This document shows, in pieces, positions 35,643-43,865 of a DNA stretch of 64,000 nucleotides. The stretch is from positions 1 through 64,000 of the IMG/VR virus record IMGVR_UViG_3300020202_000068; one strand, given 5' to 3'. The stretch is from a virus. The notes under the pieces were generated by a model. The model made no database searches, was not told the DNA's origin, and was given only the letters and a program-made list of their open reading frames with translations. Numbering within the stretch: position 1 is the stretch's first letter; each line of letters opens with the position of its first letter. A program made the position numbers and the translations under genes.

Positions 35643-36725
35643 TCACCCACGAACTGCCTTCAGAAACGTAAGCCCGTCTTCTAACTGGTGGAAGCCAACG
35701 ATCTTGCGTCGATCCGGGAAGATCACGAACGTTGGGCATGTAGGGCGGGTCTTATTCCAGCCGAACTGCCGAGAATAAGCCGACGTGATCTGATAGGACC
35801 CCGGGCGACAGGCCCACCGCTCGATCCCGTGGCCGTAAAACGGCTCGACACAGCCCAGGTGGTTGTGGCAGATGCAGCCGATGTCCCAGTCGCACTCACC
35901 ATTTCGGAACCACTGCTTTGGCGCGTGCGTCTCGTTAAACGATGAATTGAGGCGGTACTGGTGCCTGACGCCCACCTTATACGACTGACCCCCCGTACGA
36001 ATCTTCAGGAAGGCCTCGTCCGGGGCATAGCACACTCGATTCCGCTTCAGCAGGCTCGATAGAACGTCCACGCCAGCAATTTGATTCGTCCACAGGTCGT
36101 GATTACCAGAAATAGCAACGAGGACACGATGAGCGAAGATATTCAAATACCACTCAAACAACTCCATCTGCTCGCTTGGCTGGGACCTCGCGGCGAGGAC
36201 GGCGCTACGGTGCTTAATGTGGTTGTCCGTGGCGTCCCCGCCGAGGATGGCGTAGCACCCATCACTTTCAGCCACCGCCACGGCATCCTGGCGCATCCTG
36301 GCCAAATCGACCGTGTTCCCAAGGCTAATATGCTGGTCGCTGATGAACGTAATAGCGCATGGCTCGGCTGGGAGTTCGACACTGAACTCCGACATGAGCA
36401 GTGAGCGTTGAATCTGATCAGCGTTCTCAACCTCTGCCGCCTTCCAGCGGGCCTCTGGCGAGCTGGATTCGGGCGGGATATAGGCGGGGACGACTTCCGG
36501 TCTGGTTCCCTCGGCGATCTTCAGCTGGGCCCTGAGAGCGGCCAGCTCCATTTCCTTGGCCTCCAGCGGGTCCACGGGAGCGGGTTGGCCGGAATCGGCG
36601 GCCAGCTTCTGCTGCCAGCCCCAGGCCGTGGAGCGGGGGACCCCCACGATCCTCCCCACCTCCGTCGCCCCCACCCCCAACGCGAATAGCTTCTCCGCCT
36701 CAGCCTTCTTGGCCAGATCGTCCAT
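35643..36725 (-). CDS. calcineurin-like metallophosphoesterase with N-terminal HTH
   Basis: SDQH, GGD..DN, GNHD, RH, CHNH motifs; EVGRIVGVPRSTAWGW HTH. Confidence 0.85.
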   Translation of the reverse strand: MDDLAKKAEAEKLFALGVGATEVGRIVGVPRSTAWGWQQKLAADSGQPAPVDPLEAKEMELAALRAQLKIAEGTRPEVVPAYIPPESSSPEARWKAAEVENADQIQRSLLMSEFSVELPAEPCAITFISDQHISLGNTVDLARMRQDAVAVAESDGCYAILGGDATDNHIKHRSAVLAARSQPSEQMELFEWYLNIFAHRVLVAISGNHDLWTNQIAGVDVLSSLLKRNRVCYAPDEAFLKIRTGGQSYKVGVRHQYRLNSSFNETHAPKQWFRNGECDWDIGCICHNHLGCVEPFYGHGIERWACRPGSYQITSAYSRQFGWNKTRPTCPTFVIFPDRRKIVGFHQLEDGLTFLKAVRG

Positions 36726-36893
36726 GATTACTCCCAGTCCCTGAGATCAATTCCGCTCTCAAGATCGTCCCTGACTGCTGTCAGGAGGTCGTTTTCGTTC
36801 ACGGCTCACCCCCATCCGTGTGAGGTAAACCCCTGAGTTTGTGCATTCTTTTGTAGGGCGGGAGGGAATTTTTGTCGTGCGGGCTTCCGGGGT

Positions 36894-36922
36894 TTGCAAT
36901 AAGTCGGGGGCCTTGCTATGGT
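36894..36922 (+). promoter_or_regulatory. sigma70-like promoter
   Basis: TTGCAA-17-TATGGT with extended TG. Confidence 0.65.
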
Positions 36923-37024
36923 TACGGACGGCAAGAGGGTATGGATTTACATGACACATCTTCAGCAATACAATCTGAGCAGCGTCTGTGGGTCCGGCCT
37001 CTTGCCAAGAGCCTCCACGATATT

Positions 37025-37066
37025 GGCCCAGCACTCCGCCTTGTAAGCGGTTTGTTGGGCCTTTTT
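37025..37066 (+). terminator. intrinsic terminator/attenuator
   Basis: GGCCCAGCA...TGTTGGGCC-TTTTT. Confidence 0.55.
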
Positions 37067-37323
37067 CGTGCGCTGGCTCCTTATTCGGAGGCGGTATTGG
37101 ATGCCGCCCGGCAAGGACGTGCCGGATAAACCCGCCACCAGGCGAGGTAAAGACGCCTATCGAAATCAGTCACCCATAGCCGAGAGGCGGGTGCAGGTTG
37201 GAACGCTATCGTTCTCCCGGTCATGCTGACGACTCCAGGCCAGGGCTAATAGAGATAGCGGCGGTGGAGGAATCCTAAGGCCGTTGTTAATAGAAACTTA
37301 GGACGCTAGAGCGATGCCCGGCT

Positions 37324-37398
37324 CCGTCGGTTATCAGGCCAGCGATTTTCCGTACAGCACGGAGTCGCTGCGCTCAACCCTCACCGTCGGTTATCAGG
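37324..37398. repeat. 15-bp direct repeat x2 (60-bp period)
   Basis: CCGTCGGTTATCAGG at 37324 and 37384. Confidence 0.8.
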
Positions 37399-37408
37399 GT
37401 TCACTGAC

Positions 37409-37885
37409 ATGACGACAGATATGTCGGCCTATCCGGCCAGAGACAGGCTATTGAGGCTCATGGGCTATGAGAGCTACAGCCAGTACCTGGCATCAGCGTT
37501 ATGGAGACGCATACGAGAGGCGGCTTTAGCCCGTGATGGCGGGAAGTGTCGATGCGGGAGCCCAGCGACCCAGGTTCACCATAAAAACTACAACCTCCTC
37601 ACCCTCCAAGGAGAATGTCTGTCTGGCTTGGTATCTGTCTGTGGTGGGTGCCACTATGGGGCTGAGTTCTCGAAGTACGGGAAGACGACGCTGAAAAGAG
37701 CCAATAGCAGGCTGAAGACGATCGCCAAGAGGCGGCGTAAATCGAAGGTGGCAGAGTCACCGGAGTATCGCGCTGCCGTAGCCAGGAAGTGGCGGCTCCT
37801 GCGTGGCGGTAGGCCGAGAGAGGAGATCGCGAACGAGCTAAAGGCCGTCCGATCGGAGATTCGCAGGTTGATCGCTGAGCAGTAG
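37409..37885 (+). CDS. HNH endonuclease
   Basis: YL.S..W...R...L.RDG.KC.CG.....VHH..Y...E...L..VC..CH. Confidence 0.8.
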   Translation: MTTDMSAYPARDRLLRLMGYESYSQYLASALWRRIREAALARDGGKCRCGSPATQVHHKNYNLLTLQGECLSGLVSVCGGCHYGAEFSKYGKTTLKRANSRLKTIAKRRRKSKVAESPEYRAAVARKWRLLRGGRPREEIANELKAVRSEIRRLIAEQ

Positions 37886-37952
37886 GCATGGGGCACCTGC
37901 GCGCTAACCCGGAGTTCTTGGATAGAGGTTATCTGTAAAGGAGACCGTGGCC

Positions 37953-38474
37953 ATGGCTGAGAAGTGGAGGCCATATCGTTCAATCGGCAAGGAGCTGGTT
38001 GAGAGATATGGCCAGAGCGGAGAGATGAATTTACTGGACAAGGAAACTGACATATTGAGTGTCCTCTGCTATCTGACCAAGGAAGTATCCGAATTAAAGA
38101 ACCTACTGACCGTGTTGAGTCTTGATCGTCTGCATGTCGCAAGAGCAAGCCATGAGGACTGGCGTCAGAGAAACCAGGAGCTTGACAACTGGATTCAAGC
38201 GAAAGAGGCCAGACACGGTCCAATCCCAAAGCGTGTCAGGTCGTATATCTCTAGTCAGTGGCTGGCTGTATGGGATGGCTTGAACACAATGAGATTGCCG
38301 TGGGTTGAAGAAGATGGCTCGATATTTGGCATCACGAGGCGTAGCATCATCATTCCAGGGCCGAAATGGGAGCCAAAGTTCACCACGCGATCGAAAGTGG
38401 CCAAAGAATACCAAGACTGGGTCGGCACGGTTCGCAAGCCCGATCGCTCAGCTTCACCATCGGAATCCAATTAA
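37953..38474 (+). CDS. hypothetical protein
   Basis: SD AAGGAG. Confidence 0.6.
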   Translation: MAEKWRPYRSIGKELVERYGQSGEMNLLDKETDILSVLCYLTKEVSELKNLLTVLSLDRLHVARASHEDWRQRNQELDNWIQAKEARHGPIPKRVRSYISSQWLAVWDGLNTMRLPWVEEDGSIFGITRRSIIIPGPKWEPKFTTRSKVAKEYQDWVGTVRKPDRSASPSESN

Positions 38475-38488
38475 CTAGGAGCCTGACA

Positions 38489-38674
38489 ATGGCAGTTAAG
38501 TTTGTAACGGCAGAGCACCGAGAGGTGCGATCTGAGGATGGAAAGAGACTTCTTGGGTTGCTGGTTCGTAATGATGGGGAATGGCTATTCAGTCCCCGGC
38601 TGGAGGATATGACCTACCAGGACCTGGAGATGGTTAGTCATCACCTCCGGGTCATCAATGGAGCCGTCCAATGA
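38489..38674 (+). CDS. hypothetical protein
   Basis: SD AGGAG. Confidence 0.6.
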   Translation: MAVKFVTAEHREVRSEDGKRLLGLLVRNDGEWLFSPRLEDMTYQDLEMVSHHLRVINGAVQ

Positions 38675-38889
38675 AGCTCCCCCTGACACCGGCCCAGAAG
38701 GACGTGCTGGACCAGATCGACCGCTACATCTTCACCCACGGCTACCCACCCACCATCCGAGACCTCAATGCTCTCAATGGCTGGAACAGCCCCAATGCCG
38801 CCATGCGGCACATCCGGGAGCTGCGCCGTAAAGGCTATCTCAAACCCAACCCCGAGGGACGAGCCCGTGCGCTCGTGATTCAGCGATGA
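38671..38889 (+). CDS. LexA-type winged-helix DNA-binding domain protein (no peptidase domain)
   Basis: LT..Q..VL..I..YI...GYPPTIR.L....G..S..A...H...L..KGYL......ARAL. Confidence 0.88.
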   Translation: MKLPLTPAQKDVLDQIDRYIFTHGYPPTIRDLNALNGWNSPNAAMRHIRELRRKGYLKPNPEGRARALVIQR

Positions 38890-39152
38890 TCTATAAGGCC
38901 CAGTGGCCGCTGGCAGGCCTGAAGATGGTCGTGATCTATCCCGTGGAGCAGGAGCGACTCATGCCCCTGGAGCGGGACACATATTTTCTCCCGGCCACGC
39001 CCCAACTACGGAAGCACCTCTTCGACGGTCGCTTCATCAAGGTCTATTTCGAAGGCAGCTGCCTCCCCGGACTAGCTCCCGCCGTCAAAGAGTTCGTCCG
39101 CCACGAGGATTGGGTGGAACGTGATCCCCTCACAGGAGAATTAGTGCCATGA
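38886..39152 (+). CDS. hypothetical protein
   Basis: ATGA overlap. Confidence 0.6.
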   Translation: MIYKAQWPLAGLKMVVIYPVEQERLMPLERDTYFLPATPQLRKHLFDGRFIKVYFEGSCLPGLAPAVKEFVRHEDWVERDPLTGELVP

Positions 39153-39361
39153 GCGAGCCGATAAAGTTCATGGGAGAGGTGATCATTCCCGTGGGTAGGG
39201 GGCACCTGCTCATTGAGTCCTGGACCGAGCCGGGGGAGTACCACAGCATCGACCTAGAGGAAGGCTCCTGCTCCTGTCGAGGCTGGGAATGCACCCGAGG
39301 GTGTCGTCACTTGGATGTCGCCCGCGAGCTGGCAAAAGCGACACAGCCGTGTCGCATTTGA
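39149..39361 (+). CDS. SWIM zinc-finger protein
   Basis: Y.ID.....CSC.GW.....CRH. Confidence 0.75.
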   Translation: MSEPIKFMGEVIIPVGRGHLLIESWTEPGEYHSIDLEEGSCSCRGWECTRGCRHLDVARELAKATQPCRI

Positions 39362-39375
39362 GCTAAGTCCTTATT
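39333..39375. repeat. palindrome plus TAAGTCCTTAT element, copy 3
   Basis: CAAAAGCGACA-N6-TGTCGCATTTG-AGCTAAGTCCTTATT. Confidence 0.8.
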
Positions 39376-39391
39376 CTACGTGTAGGCTTAG

Positions 39392-39646
39392 GTGGATAAG
39401 GAAAGATGGATAAGACTGATGGAGAGCAGCGTGCTATCGCTCACACAGGAGGAGCTGGACATCGGCTGGCACTTCTGCGGAGACTGGGATGGCCTGCTGG
39501 TCAGTCCGTCAATGCCGATGGAATGGGACTGCTGCACCTGCATTGCACCCGAGGATAAGAATTATTATGAGCGGCAAAGCGCTAACGGAATTGACGCGGG
39601 GGGAGCTGCTGGAGAAGTGCCTGGACCTGATCGAGGCCCTACATAA
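39392..39646 (+). CDS. hypothetical Cys-containing protein
   Basis: GWHFC.DWDGL......EW.CC.C. Confidence 0.55.
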   Translation: MDKERWIRLMESSVLSLTQEELDIGWHFCGDWDGLLVSPSMPMEWDCCTCIAPEDKNYYERQSANGIDAGGAAGEVPGPDRGPT

Positions 39647-39947
39647 GAAGCACGAGCAGCTCCGAGAGGCGAAACGGGACCTGCCTTTTAATAAGGCCGC
39701 CAACGAACGCCATCAGCTCCATAAGCGGGCCTGGGGCCGCCGCAAGGCTCACCTGCTGGGCCTGCTAATCGAGGCCCAGCGGCTCCTGGAGCTGGCCGAT
39801 AAAAAAGGCTTCATCTACTCCAAGGACATCGTCTCTGCCATCCAGTACGAGCTGGACTGCGGGGAGCGTGATTTCCAAAAGCACCTGCACCGCAAGAAGA
39901 TAAGGAGGCTCCATGCTGCCGCCAGCCGCCCGCTTGATAGAGCGTGA
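39567..39947 (+). CDS. hypothetical coiled-coil protein
   Basis: operon context. Confidence 0.55.
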   Translation: MSGKALTELTRGELLEKCLDLIEALHKKHEQLREAKRDLPFNKAANERHQLHKRAWGRRKAHLLGLLIEAQRLLELADKKGFIYSKDIVSAIQYELDCGERDFQKHLHRKKIRRLHAAASRPLDRA

Positions 39948-40191
39948 GTCCGCCTTCCGGCAGGGGTCCTGCTTCCACGACTTCATGGACAAGCCATGTG
40001 CCCCGGGAGATGCGTGTGCATACGACGCCCTGGGGGCGATCTTCAACGCCTACCGGAATACCGATCCCGAGAACCGCCATCTCGCTGCCAAGCGGGCCTT
40101 CGCCCTCTGTCGGGCACGCTACGGCCACGCCATGCTGGGCAAGCTCATTTGGGAGCAAGCCCTGGAATTACTAACCGACGCCGACTGCTAA
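39913..40191 (+). CDS. hypothetical protein
   Basis: SD AAGGAGG; abuts the convergent gene. Confidence 0.6.
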   Translation: MLPPAARLIERESAFRQGSCFHDFMDKPCAPGDACAYDALGAIFNAYRNTDPENRHLAAKRAFALCRARYGHAMLGKLIWEQALELLTDADC

Positions 40192-41904
40192 CTACTTCCG
40201 AGGACCTCGCTGCATGTCCTTGGTCTGCTTTCCCGTGATCTTTCCGGCGATATAGCGGCCAATTTTTCCAGCCCACGCCTGGGGACTGAATGGGTTGGTC
40301 AGGTCCATCGGCGATGCCGGTCCGGGCCGCATAGGTTTCTCGGTAAGGCCCAGGCCCAGTTCCTGGTCGCCGGTCGCTTCGCGGAGGATTTTGTCCTGGT
40401 CTTCCTTGTTTGTGACGCCATTCGCGGCTAGGTCGGCCCGGGCTCCTTCGATGTCACCGCCAGTAGCTTTATCTCGCACCGAACCAGTGACCTGTTCCGG
40501 CAGGCTGGGGGCCGTTGCCAGCGGCGGGGGCTTGGGCGCGGCTGGGCCGTTCTCAGCCTCCGTGCGGGCACGCTGGGCGTCCACGATAGCCTTGTTTCGA
40601 CCCTCAGCAATCTTCTCGTTGGAGGTGATCTGCCTCTCAGCTAAGCCGAGTCGCTTGTCAGCCATAAGCTGCTCACCGTTCATCCGTGCTTCCATTCCCT
40701 TGCGGGCCTGGTAGGCACCAGGATTGGCCGCAGCGAACCGCTCTTCCACGGTCAGGTGGCCACGCTTGACGCGCACCGCATCCCGTCGCCCCTTATCCTT
40801 TTCCTGGGCCTTGGCGGTCGCCAGCTCCCGCCGCTTACCGAGTTCCGCCTTGCGACCGGCGAGGTACTTCTGCCGGGCGGGAGCGCTGGCGGTATTGGCC
40901 TGCTTCGCAGCCTCCACCCGTTTGGCGGCACTGCTGCCCTGGTTCGGCGTCAGCGATCCACCAGGCGTCTCTGTGTACTGACCAGCTGGAAACTGAGGCT
41001 TCTGGGCAAGGTCAAGTTCCGGTCGTGGTGTCGGTTGGTAGCCGGTTGGCCGCTTATTGATGCTGGCCAGCATAGCCTCGCGGCCATTACCCTGGATGCC
41101 GATGTTTCGGGCAATCCGCAGGTCGTCCTCGGTGATATTTGGAGTCCCCTGACCGAAGTTCCCGCCGACCGTCGTGCGCGGCATGTGGCCGTGAGCTTGA
41201 TAAACCTGATTGGCTCCGTAGTTGCTTGGCAGCATTCCATTGCTGGCTGGGTTCGCCAGGGCATCTGCGTAATGCCCAGCACCGCTCACCGGCCCGCTGG
41301 GGAATCTCTGTTCGATATCCGGCATCGACCCTTGAAGGTTATGGTTGCCGCTGGAGATGGCTCTCAGGGCTTGTAGCGATGGATGATTATCGACCGGGCT
41401 CGGCGGCTGCATCGCCCGGGCTGCCGGGCTACCTGCGATACGGTCGGACTCTCCGCCAGGCGTGAAGATGCCGTACGGGGCATTGGGCCCGAGGTTCGGA
41501 TTCCGACCAGTCCTCATATACGCATCCCAGGCCTGAGCGTGGGGCAGCGGTTGTGCTGGAGCCGGAACTTGCGGAGCGACCGCCTGTGGCTGGACGGGTG
41601 TGCTTGGTTGTGGCCTGAGCGCCTCGGCGGCACCAGCTTCCATGCCTTGAAAAGGAGACGGCCCTGGCTGTGGAGGAGGCGGCGTGAGTTGGATGGGGTT
41701 CGGACGAGCCGCTACCGGGTGCTGCTGGCCCGCTACTGGCTGAGGCGTCAACCCAACGCTGGGAGGCCCAGGTTGAGCGTGGAGATACCCCTCCCGCGTC
41801 CCCGACGGGGCCATCTGCGGCCCCGGAGGCCGCCAGGGAGCCGATAATCCAGTCGGGGATTTGTATCCGGCAGTCCGCTTGTTCGCCGTGGTGGGATGGG
41901 GCAT
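40192..41904 (-). CDS. Pro/Gly/Ala-rich internal virion (ejection) protein, putative
   Basis: low-complexity N-terminus, helical C-terminus, late-strand position. Confidence 0.55.
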   Translation of the reverse strand: MPHPTTANKRTAGYKSPTGLSAPWRPPGPQMAPSGTREGYLHAQPGPPSVGLTPQPVAGQQHPVAARPNPIQLTPPPPQPGPSPFQGMEAGAAEALRPQPSTPVQPQAVAPQVPAPAQPLPHAQAWDAYMRTGRNPNLGPNAPYGIFTPGGESDRIAGSPAARAMQPPSPVDNHPSLQALRAISSGNHNLQGSMPDIEQRFPSGPVSGAGHYADALANPASNGMLPSNYGANQVYQAHGHMPRTTVGGNFGQGTPNITEDDLRIARNIGIQGNGREAMLASINKRPTGYQPTPRPELDLAQKPQFPAGQYTETPGGSLTPNQGSSAAKRVEAAKQANTASAPARQKYLAGRKAELGKRRELATAKAQEKDKGRRDAVRVKRGHLTVEERFAAANPGAYQARKGMEARMNGEQLMADKRLGLAERQITSNEKIAEGRNKAIVDAQRARTEAENGPAAPKPPPLATAPSLPEQVTGSVRDKATGGDIEGARADLAANGVTNKEDQDKILREATGDQELGLGLTEKPMRPGPASPMDLTNPFSPQAWAGKIGRYIAGKITGKQTKDMQRGPRK

Positions 41905-42120
41905 TGTCGTTCCTTCTATTGGCTAGTTGGCGACCATCCTGGCCGCATAACGATCAGTTATTTACCGGACAATCGTTCACTAGAAATCCTACCACAAGGC
42001 GATTCCAATGGACCTGTCGGGTGGATCGTCCGTAAAAATCCACGCCAGGACCAGGAAATGCTGGTGATCGGCCGTCAATGTGTCGTCAAAATGTCAATAC
42101 GGACAGGGAGGTGTCCCATC

Positions 42121-42318
42121 TTGGTGCTATCACGAAAAAAAGGCGAACGTCTTATTATCGGCGAGGACATCGCGATTGAGGTCGTCGAGGTCAGGGGAGA
42201 CCGCGTCAGGCTCGGCCTGGAGGCACCGGACTATGTATCCATCGTCCGGGAGGAGCTATTAGACGTGCTGCGGGAGCAGGCGCAGCGCGAGACTAGGCTG
42301 GCGAGGGCAGCCGGCTAG
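42121..42318 (+). CDS. csrA: carbon storage regulator CsrA/RsmA
   Basis: (M)LVLSRKKGERLIIGEDIAIEVVEVRGDRVRLGLEAP..V.IVREEL with the conserved R44 equivalent; TTG start after GGGAGG. Confidence 0.95.
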   Translation: MVLSRKKGERLIIGEDIAIEVVEVRGDRVRLGLEAPDYVSIVREELLDVLREQAQRETRLARAAG

Positions 42319-42656
42319 TCGGTAAGTCGGAAGAGCCTACGGAAGAATCGCGAGGCCCTGGCTCCCAGTGAGTTCAGGGTCTCTTCTCTTTGTGGGCATT
42401 TGCAGGGCTTTACCAGACCAAGCATCCGCTTGATCCGATTGATTCGTCGTGGGGTGATGCTGAATACTTCCGCGATGATAGAGACCCAGCAGCCAATCTC
42501 ATGGGCGAATGGCAGTCCATTGCAACTTGCCAAGATTTTTTCGTTTCCGTGAGGCGTCGATAGCGGCCTCGTGTGGCGCGTGCATGTTGGCCGGCGGCAT
42601 CGCACGCGGCGAATTCCGTTTACCGTGTCGCAGATGTCCTCCCAGTCACATCGCAT
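42315..42656 (-). CDS. Cys-rich protein
   Basis: KPCKCPQREETLN motif. Confidence 0.65.
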   Translation of the reverse strand: MRCDWEDICDTVNGIRRVRCRRPTCTRHTRPLSTPHGNEKILASCNGLPFAHEIGCWVSIIAEVFSITPRRINRIKRMLGLVKPCKCPQREETLNSLGARASRFFRRLFRLTD

Positions 42657-42657
42657 A

Positions 42658-43236
42658 TTATGGCACGAATGTTACGGATGCTGTTGAGCCGGCCCCCGCA
42701 CAGTATCGCGTTGGCGTGGCAAACGGGGCGCAGTTAACCGCAGCATCGCTGAATAAGGTGAACACCTCGCCCGACCATGATGCGCACGGGGTTGTCGAGG
42801 TTCTCCATTCATAAAAGCACGTTCCCCCACCTGCGATCGAGAGCAATGCCGCTCCGCCGCTTCCGTTGCCGAGAACGCTCATTCCCGACCCCGAAAAGAC
42901 AGTTCCAGGGCAAGGAGTCGGGTCAGGTCCGCTGTCGGCCGGCGTCATGCGGTAGTTGCAGTTTGGAACGTCAAATAAATCGTCGCAGACATAAGTGGCA
43001 TTCATATTTTCGCATGCTGTGCATCCGGCGTCTGCCATTCCCGCGATCACTACTGAGTAGTAGCTCGGGAAGCAATCACAGGCTGCTACGCAGCAACCAC
43101 ACCCCGGCCACCAGCCGAATCCCGCAGCGAACACAACAAAGGAAGCCTCCAGTGACCATGTCGACAGAGCGATAGCGGTCAGGCACACGAGCCCCTTGCG
43201 GATGGTCGGTACTAGAGGGTGTTCGCGCATCAACAT
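42658..43236 (-). CDS. Cys-rich tail-tip protein (putative)
   Basis: GWWPGCGCC...CDC; many Cys. Confidence 0.6.
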   Translation of the reverse strand: MLMREHPLVPTIRKGLVCLTAIALSTWSLEASFVVFAAGFGWWPGCGCCVAACDCFPSYYSVVIAGMADAGCTACENMNATYVCDDLFDVPNCNYRMTPADSGPDPTPCPGTVFSGSGMSVLGNGSGGAALLSIAGGGTCFYEWRTSTTPCASWSGEVFTLFSDAAVNCAPFATPTRYCAGAGSTASVTFVP

Positions 43237-43865
43237 TGAACCCACATAAGCGCCGGGATACCATTGCCGATCGTCACTCCGCAATACTTTCCGTTGACGC
43301 TCGTAAGCGCTGTGCCACGGTTAACGACGCCCGTAATGTTCATCGAGGAGTCTGTTTGGTAGGTCGTGCCGACGTGCACACTGACAGTGCAGGTATTGCC
43401 CAAACTGACGTTTGTATCGTCAATCTTCCCAATGACCGTGTGAATTCCTAACCACTGAGCAACGACGACGTTTTGCCCGGCAGAGGTTGTAGCGCCGCCG
43501 ATAATTCCATAGCCGTAGTAATTTAGTTCCAGGGTGTGCTGCCCGTGCTTGGGACCATAGACCGCGCCGGCGGATGGGGCGCTGCCGTTGTAGCGCACAA
43601 AGCCTGGCTTCAGGAGATCGGCAGCCCAACCTTCACTGGAACTGCTGGCTCCGATCGCCCAGGGGCCAGTGACGTAATAGGCCCCAAAGTTGAACTGAGT
43701 GCTGGTGGAGTTGGGCTTGATGACAGACAACACGGGCTCGCCGTCTGAGGTCGTGACAGTGCCGTTCGCCAGGACCACGGAATGCGGCGGAATCACTGCT
43801 CCGGTCGCGTTCTTGACTCGGAACCAGTTGCGACGAAAGGATGGGGCGATTTCGTTGGAGATCAC
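43230..43865 (-). CDS. tail protein (putative)
   Basis: VKNATGAVIPP.SVV; beta-rich. Confidence 0.65.
   Translation of the reverse strand: MISNEIAPSFRRNWFRVKNATGAVIPPHSVVLANGTVTTSDGEPVLSVIKPNSTSTQFNFGAYYVTGPWAIGASSSSEGWAADLLKPGFVRYNGSAPSAGAVYGPKHGQHTLELNYYGYGIIGGATTSAGQNVVVAQWLGIHTVIGKIDDTNVSLGNTCTVSVHVGTTYQTDSSMNITGVVNRGTALTSVNGKYCGVTIGNGIPALMWVQC

Noticed and set aside
37226-37304. Hammerhead ribozyme (CTGACGA, stem II, GAA, stem III)
   Set aside because: Core reads GAAT/AC rather than GAAA/UH and stem I does not form next to the would-be cleavage site; kept only as an unclassified structured RNA.
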